This document shows positions 37,119-48,443 of a stretch of 64,000 nucleotides of DNA, in pieces (position 1 is the first letter of the stretch; every line of letters starts with the position of its first letter). The stretch is taken from assembly GCA_035490315.1 (NCBI GenBank), contig DATHET010000223.1, positions 10,542 through 74,541 of the forward strand. The letters are read 5' to 3'. Under the pieces are notes generated by a model that worked only from the letters and a program-made list of their open reading frames with translations, made no database searches and was not told where the DNA came from. The translations under genes were made by a program, and so were the position numbers. Origin of the DNA: Planctomycetota bacterium (GTDB lineage: Bacteria > Planctomycetota > UBA1135 > GCA-002686595).

Positions 37119-37234
37119 GGCATTCGTGCTGGACTATTCACCCGAGGGAGATTGCATGCCTTCCTCCGGTGCCGCCTCGAAAGGCTGGAAGTGAATCTCG
37201 ATTGCATGGCTTCCGTGCAATGCTAGAATTGCCA

Positions 37235-37527
37235 ATGCGATCGTTTCCTTCGCTGACCCGGCGACTGAAGCCCTGTATCACGGGACTCAGGATCGTCGGA
37301 CAAGGCGCTTTCCTCGTGACATTCTGAAGACAAGCCTTCGCAAGCTCGACATGCTCGAAGCGGCCTCAATTCTCGAAGACCTTCGCGTTCCTCCTGGGAA
37401 TCGGTTGGAGGCTCTCAGGGGAGAACTGCTTGGCCTCCATTCGATTCGGGTCAACGACCAATGGCGTTTCGTGTTCCGCTGGACTTCCCGAGGGCCGGCC
37501 GAGGTCCGATTGATCGACTCTCACTAG
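37235..37527 (+). pseudogene. higB: HigB-like (RelE/ParE superfamily) toxin lacking an in-frame start codon
   Basis: The frame from 37240 reads IVSFADPATEALYHG...LEDLRVPPGNRLEALRGELLGLHSIRVNDQWRFVFRW...VRLIDSH*, which is the HigB 'killer protein' pattern. No ATG/GTG/TTG occurs in frame after the upstream stop at 37192-37194. The only ATG (37235-37237) is out of frame, in a way consistent with loss of one G from ATG-GCG-ATC. Confidence 0.55.
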
Positions 37528-37529
37528 CC

Positions 37530-37817
37530 ATGCTCCCCCGACACCGCATCCCCACGCATCCCGGCGAAATCCTGCGGGAAGACTTTCTTCGCCCGCTCGC
37601 GATCACACAGGTCGCGTTCGCCGCGCACATCGGAGTCCCGCTTCAGCGCGTCAACGAGATCGTTCGCAAGAAACGCGGCGTCACTCCCGAGACGGCATGG
37701 CTCCTCGCTGGCGCGCTCGGAACTACGCCGGAGTTCTGGATCAAGCTGCAATCAGCACATGATCTGGCTCGGACTCGGCCCGTCCGGCCGATCCGGCGCG
37801 TGCGACGCATCGGCTGA
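37530..37817 (+). CDS. higA: HigA-family antitoxin (XRE-type HTH)
   Basis: MLPRHRIPTHPGEILREDFL.PL.ITQ...A..IGVP..RVNEIV..KR.VT.ETA..L....GT..EFW..LQ..HDL is the canonical HigA pattern. It starts 3 nt after the higB stop. Confidence 0.85.
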   Translation: MLPRHRIPTHPGEILREDFLRPLAITQVAFAAHIGVPLQRVNEIVRKKRGVTPETAWLLAGALGTTPEFWIKLQSAHDLARTRPVRPIRRVRRIG

Positions 37818-37945
37818 GCCGCGACCGCCCGCGCGCCGCTAACCCAGATCGAACAGCGTCGCCTCCCCGCCCGCGATAGGATCCGGCCTCCCCACGAGCG
37901 ACGTCCCCCCCGTCGCGCGCTCGTTCGTCCCACCGAGAGGAGCCG

Positions 37946-39736
37946 ATGACTGTTCTATCGATCGCGTGTCTTGCACTGGCGTCGTTCGTCTCGCCCCCGC
38001 CTCAAGATGCAGTCCCCGCTCGCGAACCGGAGCTGCTCGACAACGCTGCGCTCAACGCGCGCCTCGCGGCGATTGCCAAGGCTCATCCCGAATGCGCGAC
38101 GCTGCTGCCGATCGGTTTCTCGCGCTCGCATGCCGAGATCGACGTGCTGCGGCTCGCGAATGGCGAGCCCGCGAAAGCCCAGCCCGCGATTCTCGTCGTC
38201 GCCAACATCGACGGGCCGCAAGCCTTCTCCTCCGCCGTCGCGCTGAGCCATGCCCAGGCCTTCGCCGACGGTTTCGCGAGCGACGAGCGCATCAAGAAGT
38301 TCCTCTCGAACACCACGCTGTACATCCTCCCGCGCGCCAACCCCGACGCGGCGGCTACGCGATTCGCCAAGCCGCTCTTCGAGCTGGAAGCGACCGGCAC
38401 CGGCGTCGATGACGATCGCGATCGGCGCGATGGCGAGGATCCGCCGAGCGATGTCGACAACGACGGCGTGATCGCGTGGATGCGATGGAAGGATCCCGAG
38501 GGCGAGTGGGTTCCCGATCCGGCCGATCCGCGGGCGATGGTGAAGGCGGACGCGAAAAAAGGGCAGCGGGGCGAGTACAAGCTCGCGCTCGAGGGTCGCG
38601 ACCTCGATCACGACGAGAGCGCGAGCGAGGATTCGCCGCACGACGCGATCGTCAACCAGAATTTTCCGCACGAGTGGCAGGAGCACGGCGCGCACGCGGG
38701 ACGCTTTCCGATGGACGAGCCGGAGGCGCGCGCGATCGCGGAATTCATGCTGCTGCACAAGGACATCGCGCTGGTCGTCACGTACGGCACGCTCGACACA
38801 CTGGTCGAGAAGGCGAAGTCCGTCGGCGACAGCGCGCCGCCGGTGAAGCGCATTCCGCCGGCGGGCTGGCTCGAATCAGATGCGAATCTGCTCGGCGAGC
38901 TCTCGAAGCGCTACGGCGAGATCACTTCGAACAAGACCAAGGGGCGCGGGGTCGAGGGAGGCTCGTTCCAGGCCTGGGCGTATCAGCATCGCGGGTTGTG
39001 GAGCCTCGCGATTCCGCTGTGGGACATGCCGACGGAAGTCAAAAAGAAAGAGGGCGAGGCCGCGGGCGGGGACAAACCGGAGGGTGACAAGCCGCCGGAG
39101 AAACCGGAGGCCGCCGAGGGCGCGAAGGCGGACGCAAAGGATGCGGCCAAGACGCCGGGCAAGGGTGAGAAGGGCGCCGCCAAAGAGGACAAGCCCAACG
39201 AGGATGTGCAGCGCCTCAAGTGGATGGATTCGGCGGGCGAGACCGCGCGCTTCCTGCCCTGGAAGGCGTTCACGCATCCCGAGCTTGGAGCGGTCGAGAT
39301 CGGAGGCTTCGCGCCTTTTTCGCGCATCGAGCCGCCGAAAGCCGAGTGGCCGGTGATCGCGAAGAAGGAGCTCGACTTCCTGCTGACGCTCGCGGTCGAT
39401 CTGCCGCACGTCACGATTCCGGAGCTCAGCGCGAAGCGACTTTCGCCGGCGCTGATCGAGATCAAGGCGGCGGTGGTCAATGACGGGCTGCTTCCCGTGG
39501 CGAACAAGGCTGCGCAGCGCGCGGAAGCCTCGCGGCCGCTGCGCGTGCGACTGGTCCTGCCCGAGGCGGCGAAGATCGTCGGCGGCGCTCCGCAGATCTT
39601 GATCCGCGATCTCGGTGGCAAGTCGCGCAAGGAGTTGCGCTGGCTGGTGCTCTGCGATCAACCGACGCAGATCGGGCTCGAGATCGACAGCGACAATGCA
39701 GGCCTGGCGAACGCCGTGACGGAGGTGAAGAAGTGA
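37946..39736 (+). CDS. M14-like peptidase homologue with a degenerate zinc motif (possible pseudo-enzyme)
   Basis: RBS GAGAGGAG; signal peptide. It is homologous in layout to the next gene, but the HxxE position reads VANIDGPQ. It has Asp-rich DxDxDG-type inserts and a Lys/Glu/Ala/Pro-rich low-complexity insert. Confidence 0.7.
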   Translation: MTVLSIACLALASFVSPPPQDAVPAREPELLDNAALNARLAAIAKAHPECATLLPIGFSRSHAEIDVLRLANGEPAKAQPAILVVANIDGPQAFSSAVALSHAQAFADGFASDERIKKFLSNTTLYILPRANPDAAATRFAKPLFELEATGTGVDDDRDRRDGEDPPSDVDNDGVIAWMRWKDPEGEWVPDPADPRAMVKADAKKGQRGEYKLALEGRDLDHDESASEDSPHDAIVNQNFPHEWQEHGAHAGRFPMDEPEARAIAEFMLLHKDIALVVTYGTLDTLVEKAKSVGDSAPPVKRIPPAGWLESDANLLGELSKRYGEITSNKTKGRGVEGGSFQAWAYQHRGLWSLAIPLWDMPTEVKKKEGEAAGGDKPEGDKPPEKPEAAEGAKADAKDAAKTPGKGEKGAAKEDKPNEDVQRLKWMDSAGETARFLPWKAFTHPELGAVEIGGFAPFSRIEPPKAEWPVIAKKELDFLLTLAVDLPHVTIPELSAKRLSPALIEIKAAVVNDGLLPVANKAAQRAEASRPLRVRLVLPEAAKIVGGAPQILIRDLGGKSRKELRWLVLCDQPTQIGLEIDSDNAGLANAVTEVKK

Positions 39737-41526
39737 TCCTGTCCATCCTTGCCTTGACGCTTTTCCTGCAGACTCCGGCTGCTCCCCCGCCCGCGCCCGC
39801 CGCGCAGGCGCCGAAAGCTCTTCCCGAGGGCGGTTTCCCAGGCCTGCCCGCGAACCACACGCCCAAGGTCGAGATCGCGTGGAATCGGCTGTACGACACC
39901 GACCATCTGTACGAGCACTTCGATCGCCTGGCTGCGGCGTTTCCGGGGTTCATGCGCAAGGAAGTGATCGGTCACTCGACCGAGAACCGCGAGATGCGCG
40001 TGTATGTCCTGACCAACGCAGCGAGCGGCGCGGACACGACCAAGCCCGCGATGTGGATCGACGCGAACGTGCACGGCAACGAGGTGCAGGGCGGCGAAGC
40101 GGTGCTCTACACGGCCTGGTATCTACTCGAAAACTACGCCAACAATCCGCGCGTCCACGAGCTCGTCGATCAGCGCACCTTCTATCTGCTGCCGACGGTC
40201 AATCCGGACAGCCGCGCGGCCTGGTTCCGCGATCCGAACGACGCGAGCTCGAGCCGCACCGGCCGTCAACCCTTCGACGACGACGGCGACGGACGCTTCG
40301 ACGAGGACCCCTCGGACGATCTCGACGGCGACGGCAATATCGTGCAGATGCGCAAGTACATGCCCGGCGAGGGCACGCTGCGACTCGATCCCGATGATCC
40401 GCGCTTGATGCAACCGGTGCCGCCCAACGACAAGGGCATCAAGGGCGATTGGGTCATGGTCGGCGAGGAGGGAACCGACGACGACGGCGACGGGCGCATC
40501 AACGAGGACGACGTCGGCGGTTACGACATGAATCGCTCCGACCCTTCGATGTGGATGCCGGAGCACGTGCAGGGCGGCGCGGGGCCGTATCCCTTGTACT
40601 GGCCGGAGACGCGCTCGATCGCGGAGTTCCTGCTCGCGCGGCCCAATCTCGCGGCGCTTCAGTCGTTCCACAACGCGGGCGGCATGATCCTGCGCGGTCC
40701 GGGAGCGGAAGCCTTCGGCGAGTATCCGCGCGACGATCTGCGCGTGTTCGACGAGATCGGCCGCGATGGCGAGCGCATGCTGCCCTTCTATCGCTACATG
40801 ATCATCTGGAAGGATCTGTACTCGGTCTTCGGCGGCTTCGCGACCTGGGGCTACGAAGGTCTCGGCGTGATCTCGTTCACCAACGAGCTTTGGAACAGCG
40901 ATCAGCAATATCCCGATTCCTCGAAGGCCGCGATCGTGCCCGATGGCCGCAAGGGCGATCACTTCTTCAACGACGCCTTGATGATGGGCTCGGGCTTCGT
41001 CGACTGGCACCCGTTCAACCACCCGCTCTACGGCCCGGTCGAGATCGGCGGGTTCAAGAAGGACGTGGGCCGCGTGCCGCCGACTTTCCTGATCGAGGAG
41101 ATGGTGCACCGCAACGCGCTCTTCTGCTTGAAGCACGCCGAGGCCATGCCGATCGTGCGCATCGCGAAGTCCAGCGTGTCGGATCTCGGCGGCGGAGTGC
41201 GCGCGGTCGACGTGGTGTTCGAGAACACCCGCGCCATCCCGACTCGCACGGCGCGGGCCATGGGCTCGAAGATCGGCAAGCCCGATCTGTTCACGCTCGA
41301 GGGCACGGGCCTCGAGGTGCTCGCCGGCGGATTCAGCAACGATCGCTTCCGCCCCGAGCGCCTCGACCTGGCCGAGCGCGAGCCGGCACGGCTGCTTTCG
41401 GAGCGCGGCATCCAAGGACGTTCCGAGGTCCGCGTGCGCTGGTTCGTGCGCGGCTCGGGCAGCGCGAAAGTTGTCTGGGAAGGCGAGAAAGCGCGCGCGG
41501 TTTCGGCCCAGGTCGAAGTTCGCTGA
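39733..41526 (+). CDS. M14 family zinc carboxypeptidase
   Basis: The GTG overlaps the upstream stop (GTGA); signal peptide. The zinc motif is DANVHGNEVQGGE (HxxE), followed by LLPTVNPDS and Asp-rich calcium-type inserts (DDDGDGRFDEDPSDDLDGDG). Confidence 0.85.
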   Translation: MILSILALTLFLQTPAAPPPAPAAQAPKALPEGGFPGLPANHTPKVEIAWNRLYDTDHLYEHFDRLAAAFPGFMRKEVIGHSTENREMRVYVLTNAASGADTTKPAMWIDANVHGNEVQGGEAVLYTAWYLLENYANNPRVHELVDQRTFYLLPTVNPDSRAAWFRDPNDASSSRTGRQPFDDDGDGRFDEDPSDDLDGDGNIVQMRKYMPGEGTLRLDPDDPRLMQPVPPNDKGIKGDWVMVGEEGTDDDGDGRINEDDVGGYDMNRSDPSMWMPEHVQGGAGPYPLYWPETRSIAEFLLARPNLAALQSFHNAGGMILRGPGAEAFGEYPRDDLRVFDEIGRDGERMLPFYRYMIIWKDLYSVFGGFATWGYEGLGVISFTNELWNSDQQYPDSSKAAIVPDGRKGDHFFNDALMMGSGFVDWHPFNHPLYGPVEIGGFKKDVGRVPPTFLIEEMVHRNALFCLKHAEAMPIVRIAKSSVSDLGGGVRAVDVVFENTRAIPTRTARAMGSKIGKPDLFTLEGTGLEVLAGGFSNDRFRPERLDLAEREPARLLSERGIQGRSEVRVRWFVRGSGSAKVVWEGEKARAVSAQVEVR

Positions 41527-41842
41527 GCGCGGGACGCGCGGGGCTGGTGCGACGCGCGCTCCGCACCGAAGAGTCTTCGTAAGTAGATTCGTGCTAAATA
41601 CTTACGCCGGCCACCTCGGAAGACGCGCGCCTGCCGAAGCGCGCCCAGGATTCCAATCTTCACGCGGAACCTGGGCCCGCGCTTACACCACGCCGCGCGG
41701 TGCTCGGATATCCTTCGAACTTGTCCCACCGCTCCCGGACCCACCCCCGGGACTCAGGACCGGCCCGAATCTTTCGTGCCGGAAGCGTGGATGAAACCAG
41801 AACGCGCCCGTTTCCGGCGCGTGCACTAAGGAAAGCCCCTTT

Positions 41843-42961
41843 ATGAAGTCGTCCCTGAAGCTCTTGGGAGCAGCGGCCATCGTGGCCCTGACTTCCAGCA
41901 CTGCCCATGCCCAGCTGATCATCTCTGAAATCGTCGATGGCACGCTCGCCGGTGGCCAACCGAAGTTCATCGAGATCTCGAACACCAGCGGCTCCCCGAT
42001 CGACATGTCGCTGTACAAGCTCGTCCACTACAACAACGGCTCGATGACCCCCGGCGGCAACATCGCCTTGACCCCCGGCGGCATGCTGCCCGCGGGCGCG
42101 TCCTGGGTCGTCGCCTACGGCGCGGTGCCGAACACGCAGTTCGCCACGGTCTACGGGCACGCCGCGGACCAGGAAGTCACCTACGGCGGCCACAACGGCG
42201 ACGACGCGATCGCCCTCGAGCTCGCCATCGGCGGGATCGTCGACGTGTACGGCACGATCGGCTGCGACCCGATCACCACCCCAGGCTCCTGCGGCGTACC
42301 TCCGATCATCTCGGCTTGCGGCGCATCGCCGCTGTGGGACTACGAGGACGGTTACGTGTACCGCTGCGGCGTCACCGCGAGCGCTACGTTCGTCCCGAGC
42401 GACTGGGTGATCGGCGGCTCGGACTCGCTGGAAGACTGCGTCGGCGGCGATCCGGCCCGCATCGTCCTGCTGCAGTCCCTGACCACCCCGGGCACCAAGC
42501 AAGGCTGCAACGCGGTTCCGACCGTCTACTGCACCGCGAAGATCAACTCCCTCGGCTGCACGCCGACGGTCGCCTTCGTGGGTGCCTCGAGCGCGACCGC
42601 CGGCTCGGGATTCACGATCACGGGCAGCCAGGTGCTCAACAACAAGCCTGGCCTGCTGATCTACTCCAACACCGGGCAAGCGGCCGTGCCGTTCCTGGGC
42701 GGACTCCGCTGCATGAACGGCCCGGTCCGTCGCTCGAGCGCGCTCAACTCAGGCGGCAATCCTCCGCCGAACGACTGCTCGGGCGTGTACTCGATCGACA
42801 TGAACGCTTTCGCGGTCGGCGCGCTCGGCGGGATTCCCGCCGGCTACCTGACGGTCGCGGGCACCGTGGTCGACGCCCAGTTCTGGGGTCGCGACAACGG
42901 GTTCCCCCCGCCGAACAACGCGACCCTGTCCGACGCGTTGGAATTCACCGTCGGGCCGTGA
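41843..42961 (+). CDS. Secreted lamin-tail-domain (LTD)-like protein carrying the shared four-Cys C-terminal module
   Basis: RBS AAGGAAAG. The signal peptide is [23 protein letters not shown]. The LTD-like segment is [36 protein letters not shown]. The C-terminal 144 aa run [11 protein letters not shown]...EFTVGP. Confidence 0.8.
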   Translation: MKSSLKLLGAAAIVALTSSTAHAQLIISEIVDGTLAGGQPKFIEISNTSGSPIDMSLYKLVHYNNGSMTPGGNIALTPGGMLPAGASWVVAYGAVPNTQFATVYGHAADQEVTYGGHNGDDAIALELAIGGIVDVYGTIGCDPITTPGSCGVPPIISACGASPLWDYEDGYVYRCGVTASATFVPSDWVIGGSDSLEDCVGGDPARIVLLQSLTTPGTKQGCNAVPTVYCTAKINSLGCTPTVAFVGASSATAGSGFTITGSQVLNNKPGLLIYSNTGQAAVPFLGGLRCMNGPVRRSSALNSGGNPPPNDCSGVYSIDMNAFAVGALGGIPAGYLTVAGTVVDAQFWGRDNGFPPPNNATLSDALEFTVGP

Positions 42962-43198
42962 TCGCGCGAGTCCGATAGCACTGGCCTGAAAAAAGCCGGC
43001 CCTGCCCGCGCGTGAGCGTTGGCGGGGTCGGTCTCGTTCCAGCCCGAAACTGCCCCGCATGATTGTGCTTTGAACGGCAGAAGGCCCGCGCTCGCATCGA
43101 CTTGCGGCCATTCCGAGCGGCCTGCCCTCGCCCCAGACGCAAACCGAGAGGACTCCCGGACTTGCGCGGGTCGATGCACAGCGATGCGGGGCAGTCTC

Positions 43199-43783
43199 TC
43201 AGGGTTGCTGGGAGAGGCCGGGCGTCCAGAGGATGTCGAGCGCGCCCTGGTCGTTCGCGGCCCGCGCGAGGACGAAGAGCAGGTCCGAGAGGCGGTTCAG
43301 GTAGTGCACCACCTCCGGGTTGACGCGCGCGGCCTCGTCGGGGGTCGCCGCGAGCTCCGTGACCAGGCGCTCGGCGCGGCGGCAGACGGTCCGCCCGAAG
43401 TGCAACCAGGCGGCCCCGGGCTTGCCTCCGGGCAGGATGAAGGAATTCAGCGGCTTCAGGTGCTCGTTGTAGCGATCGATCCACTGCTCGAGCCGCGTGG
43501 TGTACTCCGGGCGGATCCGCAGGCGCTCGCCGGCCTGGCCGGGCACGCAGAGGTCGGCGCCGACGTCGAAGAGGTCGTTCTGGATCGCGCGCAGCTCGGT
43601 TTGCATCGCCTGGGGCAAGGGCTCGCCGGTGTGGGCCAGGGCGAGGCCGAGGACGCTGTTGAGCTCGTCGACCGTGCCGTAGGCCGCGATGCGCAGGTGG
43701 TGCTTGGGGAGCCGGATCCCGTCGCCGAGCCCCGTGCTCCCGTCATCGCCCGTGCGTGTGTAGATGCGATTGAGTCGAACCAT
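43199..43783 (-). CDS. ATP:cob(I)alamin adenosyltransferase, PduO/MMAB type
   Basis: The N-terminus IYTRTGDDGSTGL..G.R..K...RI.AYGTVDELNS.LG is the hallmark of the PduO-type ATR. Confidence 0.9.
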   Translation of the reverse strand: MVRLNRIYTRTGDDGSTGLGDGIRLPKHHLRIAAYGTVDELNSVLGLALAHTGEPLPQAMQTELRAIQNDLFDVGADLCVPGQAGERLRIRPEYTTRLEQWIDRYNEHLKPLNSFILPGGKPGAAWLHFGRTVCRRAERLVTELAATPDEAARVNPEVVHYLNRLSDLLFVLARAANDQGALDILWTPGLSQQP

Positions 43784-43804
43784 GTGCGTGCCTCGTGATG
43801 GCGA

Positions 43805-44617
43805 TCAGCTCGCCGGATCTGGGTCGTCGCCCGCGGCCCTGGCCCGATGGGCGCCGAGCGCGCGGCGGCGGCGGGCATCGCGCTCGGTCGGGGCCACGCC
43901 CAGCTCGCTCGGAGTGCGATCGCCGTCGATCGCCTGCAGGATCTTGTGCCAGGCGCGAGCGTCGCGGCTCTCGATCGGCGCGCGGGTGAAGACGCGCTCG
44001 ATCGAGGCCTGGATGTCGCGCGCGGCTTCCTCGCTCTGGGCGACGCGGCCGAGCACGTCCTTGAGCCGCGCCTTCAGGAACTCGGCCGACTCGCGCTGCG
44101 CGAGCACCGGACCCTTTTCCTTGATGTGCACGCCCTTTCCCTGGAACAGCGTGTAGAGCACCAGCCCGACCGCGAGGGCGAGGTTGAGCGAGGTGTGCTC
44201 TTCCGCGGTCGGCAGGGAGCACAATTCTCCGATCAGGTCGGTCTCCTCGACCGACAGGCCGTTCTCCTCCGAGCCGAAGACCAGGGCCACGCGCTGCTCG
44301 GGGTCGGCGCAGATCTCGCTCCACTCGGCCGAAACCGCGCGCCAGTCCTTGCGCTTGCGCTGACCGCGGGCGCGGGCGGTGAATCCGACGGAGCGCGTGG
44401 TGCCCTCGAGGGCTTCCGCCAGCGTGTCGACGATGCGGATCCGATCGCGCAGGTCGTGGACGCCGTGGGACATCTGCACGAATTCCGGGTGCACGAGCAT
44501 CGAGGCCTTCTGCGGCGCGACCAGCAGCAATTCGTCGGCTCCGAAGTTCGCGCAGGCGCGCATCACCGAGCCGACGTTGCGCGGTCCGAGCGTGCGGACC
44601 AGGACGATCCGCTTCAC
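43805..44617 (-). CDS. SpoU/TrmH-family RNA 2'-O-methyltransferase (TrmJ-like)
   Basis: VKRIVLVRTLGPRNVGSVMRACANFGADELLLVAP...ALVFGSEENGL...SLNLALAVGLVLY. The start is uncertain (GTG at 44617, or GTG at 44659). Confidence 0.8.
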   Translation of the reverse strand: MKRIVLVRTLGPRNVGSVMRACANFGADELLLVAPQKASMLVHPEFVQMSHGVHDLRDRIRIVDTLAEALEGTTRSVGFTARARGQRKRKDWRAVSAEWSEICADPEQRVALVFGSEENGLSVEETDLIGELCSLPTAEEHTSLNLALAVGLVLYTLFQGKGVHIKEKGPVLAQRESAEFLKARLKDVLGRVAQSEEAARDIQASIERVFTRAPIESRDARAWHKILQAIDGDRTPSELGVAPTERDARRRRALGAHRARAAGDDPDPAS

Positions 44618-44696
44618 TGCGCCGCCCGTGCTTCGAGAGAGCCCGATGGCAGGGCGCACCGGGCGGTTTCGCTGGACACTTGCATCGATCGCAATT

Positions 44697-45713
44697 CTAC
44701 GAGCGCGCGGGCGCGCGCAGCGAAGCCAGCTGGGCCGGGTCGGGATTGCCGCCGGAGACCGTGACCGCGACGCGCAGCGGATTCGCGCGACTGCGGCCGG
44801 CGAGAAGGCGCGGCGGCAGCTTCCTCGAGCGCACGGCGGCGAAGGCGGCGGCGCCCGCGGGCTCGACCACCAGGTCGGCCTTGGTGACCAGCTCGCGCTG
44901 GGCCGCGAAGATTTCCTCGTCGGAAAGCAAGACGGTCCCGTCGAGGAAGGCGAGACAGATCTCGGTGTTGACCGCGCCAGCGTAGGGCGGGCAGAGCCCC
45001 TGGACCTCGGTCGGCATCTCGCGCAGGAACACGGGTTTTCCTTCGGCCATGGCGCGGGTCAAGGTCGGCGCGCCCTCGGGCTCGACGCCGAGCACCTGAA
45101 CGGCGTTCCCCAGGCGCTGGCGCAGGGCGAGCACGGTTCCCGCGACCAGTCCGCCGCCGCCGACGCAGACGCAGACGACTTCGACCTCGGGCCAGTCCAG
45201 GGCGATCTCCCAGCCGACCGTTCCAGCGCCTTGGAGCGTGCGCTCCGCGTCGTAGGGATGGACCAGGGTGGCGCCGGATTTCACGCGCTCCGCGAGCAGC
45301 ACCTCGCAGTCGTCGCGGTCCTTTCCGAGCACGACTTCCGCGCCGAATTCGCGGCAAGCCTCGATCTTGTTGGGATAGGAATTCGCCGGCATGACGACGC
45401 AGGCTCGGACTCCGGCTTTCTGCGCTGCCCAGGACAGCGCCTTCCCGTGGTTGCCCGAGCTGACGGTCACGACACCCGCGGCGCGCTCGGCGGCGCTGAG
45501 CTGAGCGATCTGGTTCCAGGCGCCGCGCGCCTTGAAGGAGCCCGTGAGCTGCTGGCACTCCAGCTTGAGCCTCAGTTCCACGCGATCGTCGCCGCTGTCG
45601 AACGCCACGAGCGGGGTGCGCAGGGCCACGCCGGCGAGGCGCGAGGCAGCTTCGGAGATCTGCGGCCAGCGCGCGTCGCGAGCGTCCGCTTTGGTTCGAG
45701 TCGCGGTGTCCAT
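44697..45713 (-). CDS. PLP-dependent threonine/serine dehydratase (tryptophan-synthase-beta fold)
   Basis: The PLP-lysine motif is LKLECQQLTGSFKARGA, followed by SSGNHGKA and the glycine loop VCVGGGGLVAG. Confidence 0.85.
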   Translation of the reverse strand: MDTATRTKADARDARWPQISEAASRLAGVALRTPLVAFDSGDDRVELRLKLECQQLTGSFKARGAWNQIAQLSAAERAAGVVTVSSGNHGKALSWAAQKAGVRACVVMPANSYPNKIEACREFGAEVVLGKDRDDCEVLLAERVKSGATLVHPYDAERTLQGAGTVGWEIALDWPEVEVVCVCVGGGGLVAGTVLALRQRLGNAVQVLGVEPEGAPTLTRAMAEGKPVFLREMPTEVQGLCPPYAGAVNTEICLAFLDGTVLLSDEEIFAAQRELVTKADLVVEPAGAAAFAAVRSRKLPPRLLAGRSRANPLRVAVTVSGGNPDPAQLASLRAPARS

Positions 45714-45854
45714 CCCGACATGCTACCCGCGGGATGCCCGCGCTGGCCGCAGGACGCGATGCCGATATACTGTCGCCCACGGTCTGGGAGATCACTCGCC
45801 AGCGGTTCCGCCCCTCGCAAGGCGCGCATAACCTGCGCGTCCCTGGTTCGAACG

Positions 45855-47945
<2,091 letters not shown>

Positions 47946-47954
47946 GGCCTAATC

Positions 47955-48443
47955 ATGCAAGTGCTCGATCAACTGCGCACGATGAGCGAGGAACGCTTCC
48001 TCGCGATCTACGAAGCCCTCTCGCAACAGGGCTTCGGCCCCTTGGACGGCGAGGTCGCCAAGGTCGTGAAATTCCGGCCCCAGGCGATCCGCAAGCTGCC
48101 GATGGCGCAACGCGCGAAGAAGGCTAAAGCGATCCTGCTCGCGCAGAACAAGGTCGAGATGGCCTACGAGATCTTCGGCACGTATCTACTCAAGGATCAC
48201 CGCGAGCTGGTCACATCGCTGCTCGACCAGACCGGTGTGAACCACAAGGACGGCATGGTCGAGGACCTCGAGGAAAACGCGCCGGACCCGAAGAAACTCG
48301 ACGCCGCCGTGGCCGAGCTGGACAAGAAGTTCGCGCCGGCGGACGTGACCCTGTACCTCGCCCTCTGCGCCGAGCAGTGGCCGGCCGTCAAGCACCTCGA
48401 CGAGCTCTGGCGCGCGCGCTCGAGCGTCGCTTCGCCGGCCTAG
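47955..48443 (+). CDS. Hypothetical protein (162 aa)
   Basis: RBS GAGG. The frame has clean G/C third-position bias. No motif recognised. Confidence 0.55.
   Translation: MQVLDQLRTMSEERFLAIYEALSQQGFGPLDGEVAKVVKFRPQAIRKLPMAQRAKKAKAILLAQNKVEMAYEIFGTYLLKDHRELVTSLLDQTGVNHKDGMVEDLEENAPDPKKLDAAVAELDKKFAPADVTLYLALCAEQWPAVKHLDELWRARSSVASPA

Noticed and set aside
37115-37327. 70-aa ORF starting at ATG 37115
   Set aside because: It begins inside the end of the 34257-37118 gene and reads the HigB region out of frame. The HigB-like frame gives a clear family match, and this one does not.
42962-43198. Terminator in the convergent gap after the LTD gene (GGCC...AAAAAAGCCGGCC)
   Set aside because: The A/T run lies inside the potential loop rather than after a stable stem on either strand. 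No convincing hairpin plus U-tract could be drawn.
44379-45854. N-terminal 490-aa extension of the speA ORF (the track lists 44379-47945)
   Set aside because: The extension overlaps the well-supported minus-strand dehydratase and SpoU genes. SpeA homology begins at MTPWTHVDGEALYNVPNWGRGYF (ATG at 45855).
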